NCBI GenBank assembly: GCA_030614685.1
Contig: JAUWTO010000002.1
Span: 1-48,781 of the forward strand
Reading direction: 5' to 3'
Source: Candidatus Aminicenantes bacterium
GTDB taxonomy: Bacteria; Acidobacteriota; Aminicenantia; Aminicenantales; Aminicenantaceae
DNA length: 48,781 bases
Shown here: positions 24,495-33,081 of the stretch, in pieces
How positions within the stretch are numbered: position 1 is the first letter of the stretch
How the letters are laid out: every line of letters starts with the position of its first letter
Notes under the pieces: generated by a model
Databases searched by the model: none
Told to the model about the DNA's origin: nothing
What the model saw: the letters and a program-made list of their open reading frames with translations, nothing else
Program-made: the position numbers and the translations under genes

Positions 24495-25724
24495 TCAGGG
24501 CTGCAGGAAGATGTGTGCAAAGACCTTGGCGTCGTCCACCATGTTGTCGATCACGCAGTACTCGTTGGGCTGGTGGGCGGTCTCCTCATTCCTGGACCAG
24601 CAGGCGGCCTCGAATCCGGCGCGGCGGAAATAGGCGGCTACGGTGCCCCCCCCGATGCCGACCGGCTTGCCCTCTACCCCATAGGTGTCTTTTATGGCCT
24701 GTTGGAGTGCCTTTACCACGGGGGATTGTGTGGACGTGGGGGGGGCCGCCGGCGAGTTCTGGACTTCCTCGATGGTGATCTTGACACCGAACCGTTCCTC
24801 CACAACGTCTGCCATCTCCCTGATCCTGATAAGCACTTCCCGGATGTCGTGCTCGGGGAGGATGCGGCAGTCCAGGTAGAAGACGTCATCGCCCGGGATG
24901 GTGTTGATGTTGGGGACGTTCTTCTCTTTTTTGGTGGGCTCGAACGTTGAAACGGGAGGATCGAAGATGGCATTGATCTCGCTGAATATCCGGTAGAGGC
25001 GGTCGAGTTCGGTGATGAGGACCGAGGCGGCCTTGAAGCTGTTGATGCCTTTTTCCGGTGTGGACCCATGTGCCTGAATGCCCAGAGTCTCGAACTTGAG
25101 CCACAGTAAGCTCTTCTCCGCCACCTCGATCAGCGTGCCCTCGGCGTTGCCGGCATCCGGCACGATGATCAGGTCCTGCTGGCGGAAGTGGTTAGAATTC
25201 AGGAGGACATAGTCGATGCCTTTCTCATTGCCCGTTTCCTCATCCGCCACCAGCACGAGGCCGACATCGTAGCGCGGCAGGATCCCTTCATCGACCAAAG
25301 CCTTGACCGAGTACAGGGACGCCACCATATCCTGCTGGTTGTCCTCGACGCCGCGGCCGTAGATCCTGCCGCCCTCCACCCAGGCCCGGAAGGGGTCCCC
25401 CTTCCAGAGAGACGCCTCTCCGGCCGGGACCACGTCCATGTGGGTCATGATCCAGATGGTCTTCTCCGAGCTTTCGCCCTTGAGCTTGGCAATGATGTTG
25501 GGCCGGTACCCGCTGGAGACGTCCAGGTCCGGGGCCTTGATCAAGTCGATACTGTCGAACCCAGTGCTGTTCAGGTATTCCATCAGCAGCTCAGCCTTTT
25601 TCGCCTCTCCTTCCCCTCCGCTGGCCGGGGAAATGGCCGGGATGGCGCATAATCTGATCTGCATGTCGATCATCGCGTTCCGGAAGCGGTCGATCCTCTG
25701 ATTGAGGGCATTCAAGTGGGGCAT
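24495..25724 (-). CDS. M20-family metallopeptidase (ArgE/DapE/acetylornithine-deacetylase-like)
   Basis: ORF trimmed to ATG 25724 ('MPHLNALNQRI'). 'IWIMTHMDVVPAG', 'GRIYGRGVEDNQQ', 'LVLVADEETG'. Confidence 0.8.
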   Translation of the reverse strand: MPHLNALNQRIDRFRNAMIDMQIRLCAIPAISPASGGEGEAKKAELLMEYLNSTGFDSIDLIKAPDLDVSSGYRPNIIAKLKGESSEKTIWIMTHMDVVPAGEASLWKGDPFRAWVEGGRIYGRGVEDNQQDMVASLYSVKALVDEGILPRYDVGLVLVADEETGNEKGIDYVLLNSNHFRQQDLIIVPDAGNAEGTLIEVAEKSLLWLKFETLGIQAHGSTPEKGINSFKAASVLITELDRLYRIFSEINAIFDPPVSTFEPTKKEKNVPNINTIPGDDVFYLDCRILPEHDIREVLIRIREMADVVEERFGVKITIEEVQNSPAAPPTSTQSPVVKALQQAIKDTYGVEGKPVGIGGGTVAAYFRRAGFEAACWSRNEETAHQPNEYCVIDNMVDDAKVFAHIFLQP

Positions 25725-25906
25725 GGGGCCTCTCCGTTCCCACACTATAGCACCGCCCCAGATGCAAGACAAGCGTTTATAGGGGGCGCAAAGTGGTCCT
25801 TCCTGGCGCTGTGGAAAGAAAGGGCAAGGCCCCTGGATTCCGACAAGATGAATTGTTCCGAGGGACCCGGATACTGAAATGCTGGGCCATGTGTTAAGGA
25901 TGAATG

Positions 25907-27130
25907 TTAATCCGCCAAGTAGCCGGACCGGTGCAGGACGCGGTAGCCCCGTCCTTTGACCTTGACCGTGATGGTGCGGAAGCGGCCGTCGGCGTGGTAG
26001 GCCTTGGGCCGGTAGTAGAGCAGGTAGTAGTTCTCCGAGGCCTCCACGGCCTTCTGAAAGGCGTCAGAGGCATTGCTGGAACTCGAGGTATACCCGCCGG
26101 TGGCCTCTGCCACCTCGTTGAAGGCACTGAAGATGTCCTCGGACTGCTCGGCATATGTGAGCCCCAGGCTCAAGAGGCTCTGCATGCGTTGGGCATCCAA
26201 CTCCCGGGAAGATATCCGTGTCAGGTAGAGAAAATGGATGGTGATCGAGGAGTCAGAGAACAGCCGTTTTATCAAATTGACATCGAAGGTGATGTCCCTC
26301 CGGTAGAAGTCATAGAGGTCCATCAGATCGAACAAGACACCCGGATTGCTCGGGTTGCCGCTGGAGGCATCCATCAATGCCTGTGGGGACATCTGCGGCA
26401 GGACCTCTTTCTGGTAGAAGAGAAAGACGTTCTTCTGTCCAGCTTTGGCCCGGAGATGATGGGCAAAGGCCTTCAGGTTCTTCTCTTCCACATAGCGGAG
26501 CTGCTCCAGCCGCAGCATCATGTCCTTGAGGGCGATCATCTCTGATCCGCCCACCCCGGATGAGAAGATCCCTGTGCTCGCCATGAGGTCTTCAATTTCC
26601 CGGGTGAGGGACCAGTATTCGGAGTTGGCGATCCTGGTGTCCTTCTTGAGCTTGCTCACGAGCTGCTCTGCCATGGCCTCCCGGGACATCCTGGAATAGG
26701 CCTCTTCCTTGAAGTGGTAGGTCTTGAGTGGCGTCACCGCTGAGAGGGTGTCGCCCGGCTGGAGCACATTGCTGAAAAAATAGGCGATGGCCTCCCCCAG
26801 CTTGGGCAGGTATTCCTGGACCTCGAAGAGCAGAACGAAGTGCCTGGCCACCTTGGGGGAGAAGACCTGCCGGGCTGTGTCCTTGGGGAGTTCGGATTCT
26901 TCCCTCTGGATCTCGGTCTTCTTCACCAGATAGACGGCCTCGATCTGCTGGAGTGTGTTGTCCTCGTAGACCTCGAAATCCTGCAGGGTGAGGGTGTCTA
27001 CGAACCTGTCGCCGTCGAAGACCCGCACGGGCACCTCGATATTGATGGTCACGGCCTCGTGCTGCAGTTCCTGACCGAAGTGAATCGCACCGGCTGTCAG
27101 GAGTACCATCAGAATCAGCAGTTTTTTCAT
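25907..27130 (-). CDS. Secreted VWA-related (Acidobacteria-type) protein, paralogue 1
   Basis: 407 aa. Signal peptide MKKLLILMVLLTAGAIHFG. N-terminal 'INIEVPVRVFDGDRFVDTLTLQDFEVYEDNTLQQI' and C-terminal 'ENYYLLYYRPKAYHADGRFRTITVKVKGRGYRVLHRSGY' match my recollection of the TIGR03436-type family ends. Confidence 0.7.
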   Translation of the reverse strand: MKKLLILMVLLTAGAIHFGQELQHEAVTINIEVPVRVFDGDRFVDTLTLQDFEVYEDNTLQQIEAVYLVKKTEIQREESELPKDTARQVFSPKVARHFVLLFEVQEYLPKLGEAIAYFFSNVLQPGDTLSAVTPLKTYHFKEEAYSRMSREAMAEQLVSKLKKDTRIANSEYWSLTREIEDLMASTGIFSSGVGGSEMIALKDMMLRLEQLRYVEEKNLKAFAHHLRAKAGQKNVFLFYQKEVLPQMSPQALMDASSGNPSNPGVLFDLMDLYDFYRRDITFDVNLIKRLFSDSSITIHFLYLTRISSRELDAQRMQSLLSLGLTYAEQSEDIFSAFNEVAEATGGYTSSSSNASDAFQKAVEASENYYLLYYRPKAYHADGRFRTITVKVKGRGYRVLHRSGYLAD

Positions 27131-27164
27131 GTCATTCGCTGTGAGTTGCCTGGCCGATCATGCA

Positions 27165-28412
27165 TCAATTCGAGAAGTATCCCAACCTGTGGATGGTCTT
27201 GAAACCTTCTCCCTTGATGCGGACCTTGATGGTCTTGAACTTGCCGTCCCCGCTATAGTCTTTGGGAGCGTAGTAGAGGAGGTAGTAGTTTTCCGAGGCC
27301 TCGACCGCCTGCCTGAAGAGAAAGTTCGGGTTGGAGGAACTGGACATGAAGCCGCCGCTGGCCTTGGCCATCTCGGCGAAGGGGGTGAATGTGTCGCTGG
27401 AGCGTTCCTGGAAATACACCCCAGGGATGTTCGGGGCCGGCTTGGTGATGAAGAGGAAATGCACGGCGGTCGAGGCGTCGGCAAAGGCCCTCTTCACCCG
27501 CTCCACATCCGTCCCCATGTCCTGGTTGTACCAGTTGGCCACATCGGCCAGGAGCATGTTGAGGTCCACACCTTCCACGTCCTGCAGGCTGGAGGAGGAG
27601 GCGGCGAAAACCTTGGGATCGATCATGGGGATGTACTCGCGCTGGTAAAACAGGAACACGTATTTCTGGCCCTCCTGTTCTTTGAGGTGTTGCGCGAAGT
27701 CCATCATGCGCAGCTCGTTGACCTCCCGCAGGCTCTCCAGCCTCTGGAGGTACGACATGTAGTGCGTCGCAACCACATCGATCCCCTGTTCCAGCAAGCC
27801 TGCCTGGACGCCCCGCATCCCTTGACTTGACATCGCATCTGCACTCTCGTCTCCGAGAGCCGAGTTCAAGATCTGGGCCATGTCTGCCAGGTCCTTGAGT
27901 GCGCTGCGGTATTCCGCATCCCCGATCAGGGCATCCTTGCGGATGAGGCTTTTGAGCTCCGCCGCGATTTCTTCACGGGATTTCATGGCAAAGCCTTCTT
28001 CCTTGAGGCGGTAGGTCTTGGCCGGCGTGACCGCGATGAGCCGGTCGCGCGGGAGCAGGACGCTGCCGCAGAAGTAGTCGACAGACTCGCCCAGGCGGGC
28101 GTCCCACTCCGAGACCTCAAAGAAGAGGAAGAAGGTTCGCGCGGTCTGGGGCCGGAATTTCTGCTGTTTGTCCTCTCCGCGTGTCACGGTGTCCTTCCGG
28201 ATCAGGTACACGGCCTCGATCTTCTGGGGCACGCCGTCCTCCAGGACCTCGAAGTCCTTGATGGTCAGGTCGTCCACGAAGCGGCCGGACTTGAACACCC
28301 GCACCGGCACCTCGATGTTGATGACCTGGGAGATTTCCCGCAGGATCTGCTGGCCGAGAACGGCGCCGCAGAACAGGAGGAGCATAGCCAGGGTGAGCCT
28401 GAGTGCTTTCAT
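27165..28412 (-). CDS. Secreted VWA-related (Acidobacteria-type) protein, paralogue 2
   Basis: ORF 28427 (TTG) trimmed to ATG 28412 (GAGGAG 7 nt upstream; the paralogue-3 stop lies in this RBS). 'INIEVPVRVFKSGRFVDDLTIKDFEVLEDGVPQKI' .. 'ENYYLLYYAPKDYSGDGKFKTIKVRIKGEGFKTIHRLGY'. Confidence 0.7.
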   Translation of the reverse strand: MKALRLTLAMLLLFCGAVLGQQILREISQVINIEVPVRVFKSGRFVDDLTIKDFEVLEDGVPQKIEAVYLIRKDTVTRGEDKQQKFRPQTARTFFLFFEVSEWDARLGESVDYFCGSVLLPRDRLIAVTPAKTYRLKEEGFAMKSREEIAAELKSLIRKDALIGDAEYRSALKDLADMAQILNSALGDESADAMSSQGMRGVQAGLLEQGIDVVATHYMSYLQRLESLREVNELRMMDFAQHLKEQEGQKYVFLFYQREYIPMIDPKVFAASSSSLQDVEGVDLNMLLADVANWYNQDMGTDVERVKRAFADASTAVHFLFITKPAPNIPGVYFQERSSDTFTPFAEMAKASGGFMSSSSNPNFLFRQAVEASENYYLLYYAPKDYSGDGKFKTIKVRIKGEGFKTIHRLGYFSN

Positions 28413-28423
28413 TTTCTCACTCC

Positions 28424-29581
28424 TCAATCGGCCATATACCCGAGCCGGTGAAAGATCGTGTATTTTTTGCCCTTGATCTTGATGGTGATGTTCTTGTATT
28501 TTCCATCTTTCCGGTAGTTCTCGGGAGAGTAGTACAGCAGGTAATAGGACTCGGCCAGTGCCGCCGATTTTTCCAGTGCGGCGGCAAGGTTCTGGGAGTT
28601 CTCGACCACGCCTCCGGTGGATCGGGCGATCCTGGAGAAGGCCCCGAACACGTCCTCGGACTGCTCCTGCATCTGGATGCTGCCTCCGCCTCCCTCGGGC
28701 CGCTTGTTGATGAAGATGAAGTTGAAGAGGATGGAGGAGTCGGCGAAGATCTGTGTGATCCTGTCGACATCGAGGTTGCTCTCCTTGTGGTAGAAGGTGA
28801 AGAGCTCCTGGAGTTCTCCGTAGGTGTTGGGTATGTCCTGAAACTGCTCGAGCAGGCTGCTCAGGACCATGGGCCTCAGCTTGGGACGAAATTCGCTCTG
28901 GCAGAAATAAAAGACATTCTTCTGCCCGTCCAGTCGCTTGAGCTGGGAGGCAAAGCCCACGAGCCTTCTCTCATCCTGAGCCGTGACCTGTTCCAGCTTC
29001 ATCAGGTTCTGGCGGTACTGGGACAGGGCGCTCGTCACATCCCCTCTTGCGACTCCCTGCGCGTTCCTTATCAGGTCTTTCATGAGGGAGTTGTACTGCT
29101 GGGCGGCCATGAGCGTGTCCTTGCGGATGGTGCCCTGGATGTACTCCACGACCGTGTCCTTGGGATTGTTGGCCACCAAATCCTTGTTGAGTTCATACAC
29201 TTTGAGCGGGGTCATGACCACAAGCTGGTCTTCAGGTAAATAAATGTTCGTGAAGAAATACTCCAGCGCCTCGATTATGCGGGGATGGTTTTCGTACAGC
29301 TGAAAGATGAAATAAAAGCTTCGCCCCGAGTAAGGCATGTAGTCGCGTCCTTCCATCCGTTCGACCTTTGCTTTTCGTGTGAGATAGAGGGCCATGACCT
29401 TCTGGGGTTTCCCGTCCTCCAGGACCTCGAAATCGTCCAGAGTGAGGTTGTCCACGAAACGGTCGCCGTCGAACACCCGCACCGGAACGCTCACGTTGCG
29501 CACGGTGATGTCGAACTGCTGCTGGCCCGGCAGCAGAGTCGACAGCAGCATCAGACTGAGGATATGTATTGATTTTCGCAT
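28424..29581 (-). CDS. Secreted VWA-related (Acidobacteria-type) protein, paralogue 3
   Basis: ORF 29632 (TTG) trimmed to ATG 29581 (signal peptide MRKSIHILSLMLLSTLLPG). 'VSVPVRVFDGDRFVDNLTLDDFEVLEDGKPQKV' .. 'ESYYLLYYSPENYRKDGKYKNITIKIKGKKYTIFHRLGY'. Confidence 0.7.
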   Translation of the reverse strand: MRKSIHILSLMLLSTLLPGQQQFDITVRNVSVPVRVFDGDRFVDNLTLDDFEVLEDGKPQKVMALYLTRKAKVERMEGRDYMPYSGRSFYFIFQLYENHPRIIEALEYFFTNIYLPEDQLVVMTPLKVYELNKDLVANNPKDTVVEYIQGTIRKDTLMAAQQYNSLMKDLIRNAQGVARGDVTSALSQYRQNLMKLEQVTAQDERRLVGFASQLKRLDGQKNVFYFCQSEFRPKLRPMVLSSLLEQFQDIPNTYGELQELFTFYHKESNLDVDRITQIFADSSILFNFIFINKRPEGGGGSIQMQEQSEDVFGAFSRIARSTGGVVENSQNLAAALEKSAALAESYYLLYYSPENYRKDGKYKNITIKIKGKKYTIFHRLGYMAD

Positions 29582-29602
29582 GATATTCCCCCTGATAATC
29601 GT

Positions 29603-29632
29603 ATTGTAGTCGAGACTCATGTCCAGCGTCAA
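29603..29632 (-). promoter_or_regulatory. Predicted sigma70-type promoter for the VWA-related operon
   Basis: Minus strand TTGACG (29632-29627) - 18 nt - TACAAT (29608-29603), then about 15 nt containing AGGGGG before ATG 29581. Confidence 0.4.
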
Positions 29633-29674
29633 CTCGGAATCAGGTATAAAGATCCCCTGATCGATTTAACCAAA

Positions 29675-29690
29675 TGCCAAAAACGTGCCA
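29675..29690 (-). promoter_or_regulatory. Sigma54 (-24/-12)-type promoter element facing the VWA-related operon
   Basis: Minus strand reads TGGCACGTTTTTGGCA. GG and GC are at the canonical spacing of TGGCACG-N4-TTGCW, with one mismatch (TGGC for TTGC). It lies about 95 nt upstream of ATG 29581. Confidence 0.45.
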
Positions 29691-29914
29691 ATCCTGTCTC
29701 CCTGAGATCCACTTTTTGGTGGTACTGTTCTTGTCCCCGATTCCGGACAGGTGTCCCTTCCAGCCTTTCGGAGGTTCTTTTCGAGGGAATCCGACGAAGT
29801 CGGGAGTCGAGGACTGCCTGAACGCAGTGAGCTCTTCGGTGTTGGAAAGGGCCTTGGGTGTGGATGAAACGACCATCTGTCCCTGGAGTGAGTCCATATC
29901 CAACGCCCTTCACC

Positions 29915-29943
29915 TTGACTTTTCTAGGGCCCGCGCATACATT
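29915..29943 (+). promoter_or_regulatory. Predicted sigma70-type promoter abutting the first glycosyltransferase ATG
   Basis: TTGACT (29915-29920) - 17 nt - TACATT (29938-29943). Only 8 nt (acacccaa, no SD) separate the -10 from ATG 29952. Confidence 0.45.
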
Positions 29944-29951
29944 ACACCCAA

Positions 29952-31094
29952 ATGCGGATCGGTTTGGACCTGAGGTCCTTCCTCAAGGAGGAGACCGGGA
30001 TCGGGGTATACTTCAAGAACCTGCTCCTGGCCCTGGCAGAGGTAGACAGAGACAACGAATACTTCATGCTGTCCTCTTCCCTCAAAGCCCGGTTCCCCCG
30101 GGCCAAGCTCCCGAGTTTTTCCCGTTCTCGGTTTCACGATCTTTTCCTTCCCTCCAAGCTCCTTGATATTCTCTGGTTCGAGTTCCAGAAACCGGCCTTC
30201 GGCCGCTTTTTCCGTCAACCCATGGACCTGACGCATTCGCCCATGCCTCTCATCGTGCCCACGGCTGGGAAGGCCGTGGTTACCGTGCATGATCTGTTCT
30301 ATATCGACCATCCCGAGCTGACAGATGCGGATACCCGGGACCGACTCGTCCCCCGGACGGCTGAATCGCTCCGGCGGGCTGACGGTGTGATTGCGGCTTC
30401 AGGGTTCACCCGGGACGATCTGCTGGAAAAATTTTCCCTGGATCCGGCCAAGATCACGGTCATCCATCACGGAACCAACAAGCGGTTTCAGGTCAAGACC
30501 TCTACGGCCTTCAAGAACGTCCTCAGGCAGAAATACAAACTGCCTTCGGAATTTCTGCTTTTCGTGGGAGCCTTGGAGCCGCGTAAGAACCTCACGACCC
30601 TGGTGGACGCTCTGAAGATCCTGCATGGACAGGGGCGGCGGATCCCGCTGATCATCGCAGGCCACAGGGGCTCGGATCTCGCCCGGGTCCGGGCTCGGAT
30701 CACAAAGAACGGGCTGGAATCGTCTGTGCGAGTCTTGGATTATCCTCCGGATGAGGATGTTCAGGGACTTTACAGCCTGGCTACTTTGTTCGTCTTTCCT
30801 TCTTTGTGCGAGGGCTTTGGTTTTCCCATACTCGAGGCCATGGCCAGCGGCGTTCCCATAGCCGCCTCATGCGTAACGGCCCTTCCGGAGATCGGGGGTG
30901 ATGCCGCCCTGTATTTCGACCCCCATTCAGCCGCTCAGATGGCCGAGACCCTCCTGCAGGGATTGGAGGACAGCGAGATTCGCGCGGAGTTGATTGAACA
31001 GGGAAGGAAGCGGATCCAGGAGTTTAACTGGGAGAGATCAGCACGACAGACCCTGGAGTTCTACCGGAAGGTGGTGGGGCAGGCGTCAACATGA
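29952..31094 (+). CDS. Glycosyltransferase, GT-B fold (family 4-like)
   Basis: 380 aa. 'MRIGLDLRSF' N-terminus. 'FVGALEPRKN', 'LFVFPSLCEGFGFPILEAMASGVPIAAS'. Confidence 0.85.
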   Translation: MRIGLDLRSFLKEETGIGVYFKNLLLALAEVDRDNEYFMLSSSLKARFPRAKLPSFSRSRFHDLFLPSKLLDILWFEFQKPAFGRFFRQPMDLTHSPMPLIVPTAGKAVVTVHDLFYIDHPELTDADTRDRLVPRTAESLRRADGVIAASGFTRDDLLEKFSLDPAKITVIHHGTNKRFQVKTSTAFKNVLRQKYKLPSEFLLFVGALEPRKNLTTLVDALKILHGQGRRIPLIIAGHRGSDLARVRARITKNGLESSVRVLDYPPDEDVQGLYSLATLFVFPSLCEGFGFPILEAMASGVPIAASCVTALPEIGGDAALYFDPHSAAQMAETLLQGLEDSEIRAELIEQGRKRIQEFNWERSARQTLEFYRKVVGQAST

Positions 31095-32200
31095 AGATTG
31101 CGGTCGATGGATATGAAGTCCATACTCCCACAGGAGGTGTGGGCCGTATCACGGCCAGCCTCGTGTCGGTGCTTGCCGCGTTGGATCCCGTCCTGGAGAT
31201 CGTCCTCTTCGTGCGCCGGCCTACGGGGCTGGTGTTCCCGCCCAGTGTAAAGGAGCAGGTACTGTCTCCGGATAAGGGGTATATCCGATGGCAGAACCTT
31301 CCCCTGCGCCGAGCCTTGCGCGCACTGCGACCAGACATCTTGCTGGCGCCTAACTACACCCTTCCATTCTTATATGGTGGTCCGGCCCTGCTCTTCGAGC
31401 ACGACATCTCGTTCGTCTCGCACCCTGAGTGGTATTCCCGCCGCGATGTGCTGAAAACCCGCTGCCTGGTGCCGCACAGCCTCAAACGGGCTGCCGCTGT
31501 GCTCACGGAATCCGAATTTTCCAGACAGGAGATCCTGGATCACTTCCCTTTTGTGGGGGAGGACAAGATCCGGGTTTTATACCCCGGTCTTGAGAACCGG
31601 TTCCGCCGGCAGGGCCAGGAGGCAATCTCCGGGTGGAAGGCGCAAAAAGGCCTCCAGGGCAAGACGGTCATCGGGTTCCTGGGATCGATATTCAACCGGC
31701 GTCACATACCAGAACTGGTGGCTGCGGTCCGGTTGATCCGAAAGACCGATGAGGAGGTGTGTCTCTATCTCGTGGGGCGGGATCGGACCAGCCCGTCCCA
31801 GGATATCGCCGGTTTGACGGCCGCGGACTGGATCCGCTGGGAGGAAGGGCTCGGGGATGAGGACCTCCCACTGTTCTACTCCGCCTGCGATGTGTTCGCC
31901 TATCTGTCTGATTATGAGGGCTTCGGGCTCCCGCCTCTTGAGGCTCTGGCCTGCGGGACGGTCCCCGTGGTGCTGGACCGGACATCCCTGTCCGAGGTCT
32001 ACACAGGGATGGCCGTGATGGCCGACCAGGCGGAACCGGGAGTGATCCGGGACAGCCTTGAGACGGCGCTGGGCGACGAAACCAAGCGGGCCGCTCTCCT
32101 GGCGGCCTTCGAGGAACGGCGGCACAGATATTCTTGGAAAAAGGCTGGAGAGGAACTGCTCCAGATCATCCGGCAGGCTGTGGGGGCAGGACGGCTATGA
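31091..32200 (+). CDS. Glycosyltransferase, GT-B fold (family 4-like)
   Basis: 369 aa. ATGA overlap with the upstream stop (31091-31094). 'GFLGSIFNRRH', 'FAYLSDYEGFGLPPLEALACGTVPVV'. Confidence 0.8.
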   Translation: MKIAVDGYEVHTPTGGVGRITASLVSVLAALDPVLEIVLFVRRPTGLVFPPSVKEQVLSPDKGYIRWQNLPLRRALRALRPDILLAPNYTLPFLYGGPALLFEHDISFVSHPEWYSRRDVLKTRCLVPHSLKRAAAVLTESEFSRQEILDHFPFVGEDKIRVLYPGLENRFRRQGQEAISGWKAQKGLQGKTVIGFLGSIFNRRHIPELVAAVRLIRKTDEEVCLYLVGRDRTSPSQDIAGLTAADWIRWEEGLGDEDLPLFYSACDVFAYLSDYEGFGLPPLEALACGTVPVVLDRTSLSEVYTGMAVMADQAEPGVIRDSLETALGDETKRAALLAAFEERRHRYSWKKAGEELLQIIRQAVGAGRL

Positions 32201-33081
32201 GCTCCGGAGCGCTCGAGCTGTCTGTGGTCCTCGTCAGCTACAATGGCCGGGAACTGCTGGAAGCCTGCCTGCGCTCTCTTCAGGCCGCCCTCTCTGATCT
32301 GCCTCACGAGACCATCGTGGTGGACAACGCTTCTCAGGACGGGTCCGCAGACATGGTTACGGAATGTTTCCCACTTGTCCGGCTCGTGCGCAACAGCGAG
32401 AACCTGGGCTATCCCAAGGCCAACAACCAGGGTCTTGCCGCGGCCCGCAGCACGTATGTGCTGCTGCTCAATCCGGACACGGAGATGGCTCCCGGTGTGA
32501 TGGATCGGCTGTTGGCCGAGATGAAGAGTCGGCCCGATGCCGGGGGTGTGTCTCCCGTGCTCCGGCTGCCCTCGGGAAAGCTTCAGGTCTCTTTCGGCCA
32601 CAAAGTTGACTTCTTAACGGAGTCCCTCAAAAAACTTTTCTGGAACCGCCGGCTCAGCCGCAGTGTGGATCGAGACAAGAAGGCCCGGGAAGTGCTCTGG
32701 CTGGGCGGGGCCTGCCTCCTCACCCGTCGGGATATACTGGCAAAGGCCGGAGGCTTCGATGAGCGGTTTTTCCTCTATTTCGAGGATATCGACCTCTGCT
32801 ACCGGATCCGCGGCCTGGGGCTGAGGCTGTTCCTGGTCCCTGAGGCCGAGATTCAGCACGTGGGAGGCGCGAGCACATCCGCGGCGAGCCTCTTCAGCCG
32901 CTACCACTACCGGCGCAGCCAGCTGTATTTCTACCGAAAACATGGTTCTGCACTCTCACGGTGGGCATTGAAGGCCTATCTGGGAGTGACCTTCTGTGGG
33001 CTCCTCCTCCAAGGGGCCCTCCACAGGGCCGATGACATGGAGCTGCGCAAACAGTTTTTTGCTCTGCTGAGGGAAAAGTGA
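32197..33081 (+). CDS. Glycosyltransferase, GT-A fold (family 2)
   Basis: ORF 32134 trimmed to ATG 32197 (ATGA overlap). 'LSVVLVSYNGRELLEACLRSL', 'IVVDNASQDGS', 'NLGYPKANNQG', 'GGACLLTRRDIL..FDERFFLYFEDIDLCYR'. Confidence 0.85.
   Translation: MSSGALELSVVLVSYNGRELLEACLRSLQAALSDLPHETIVVDNASQDGSADMVTECFPLVRLVRNSENLGYPKANNQGLAAARSTYVLLLNPDTEMAPGVMDRLLAEMKSRPDAGGVSPVLRLPSGKLQVSFGHKVDFLTESLKKLFWNRRLSRSVDRDKKAREVLWLGGACLLTRRDILAKAGGFDERFFLYFEDIDLCYRIRGLGLRLFLVPEAEIQHVGGASTSAASLFSRYHYRRSQLYFYRKHGSALSRWALKAYLGVTFCGLLLQGALHRADDMELRKQFFALLREK

Noticed and set aside
29629-29973. 94-aa (minus) and 99-aa (plus) ORFs in the VWA-operon/GT-operon divergent spacer
   Set aside because: They overlap each other and the predicted promoters, have no RBS and show low-complexity basic composition. 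The region is better explained as a regulatory spacer. A degraded gene remnant cannot be excluded without a search.
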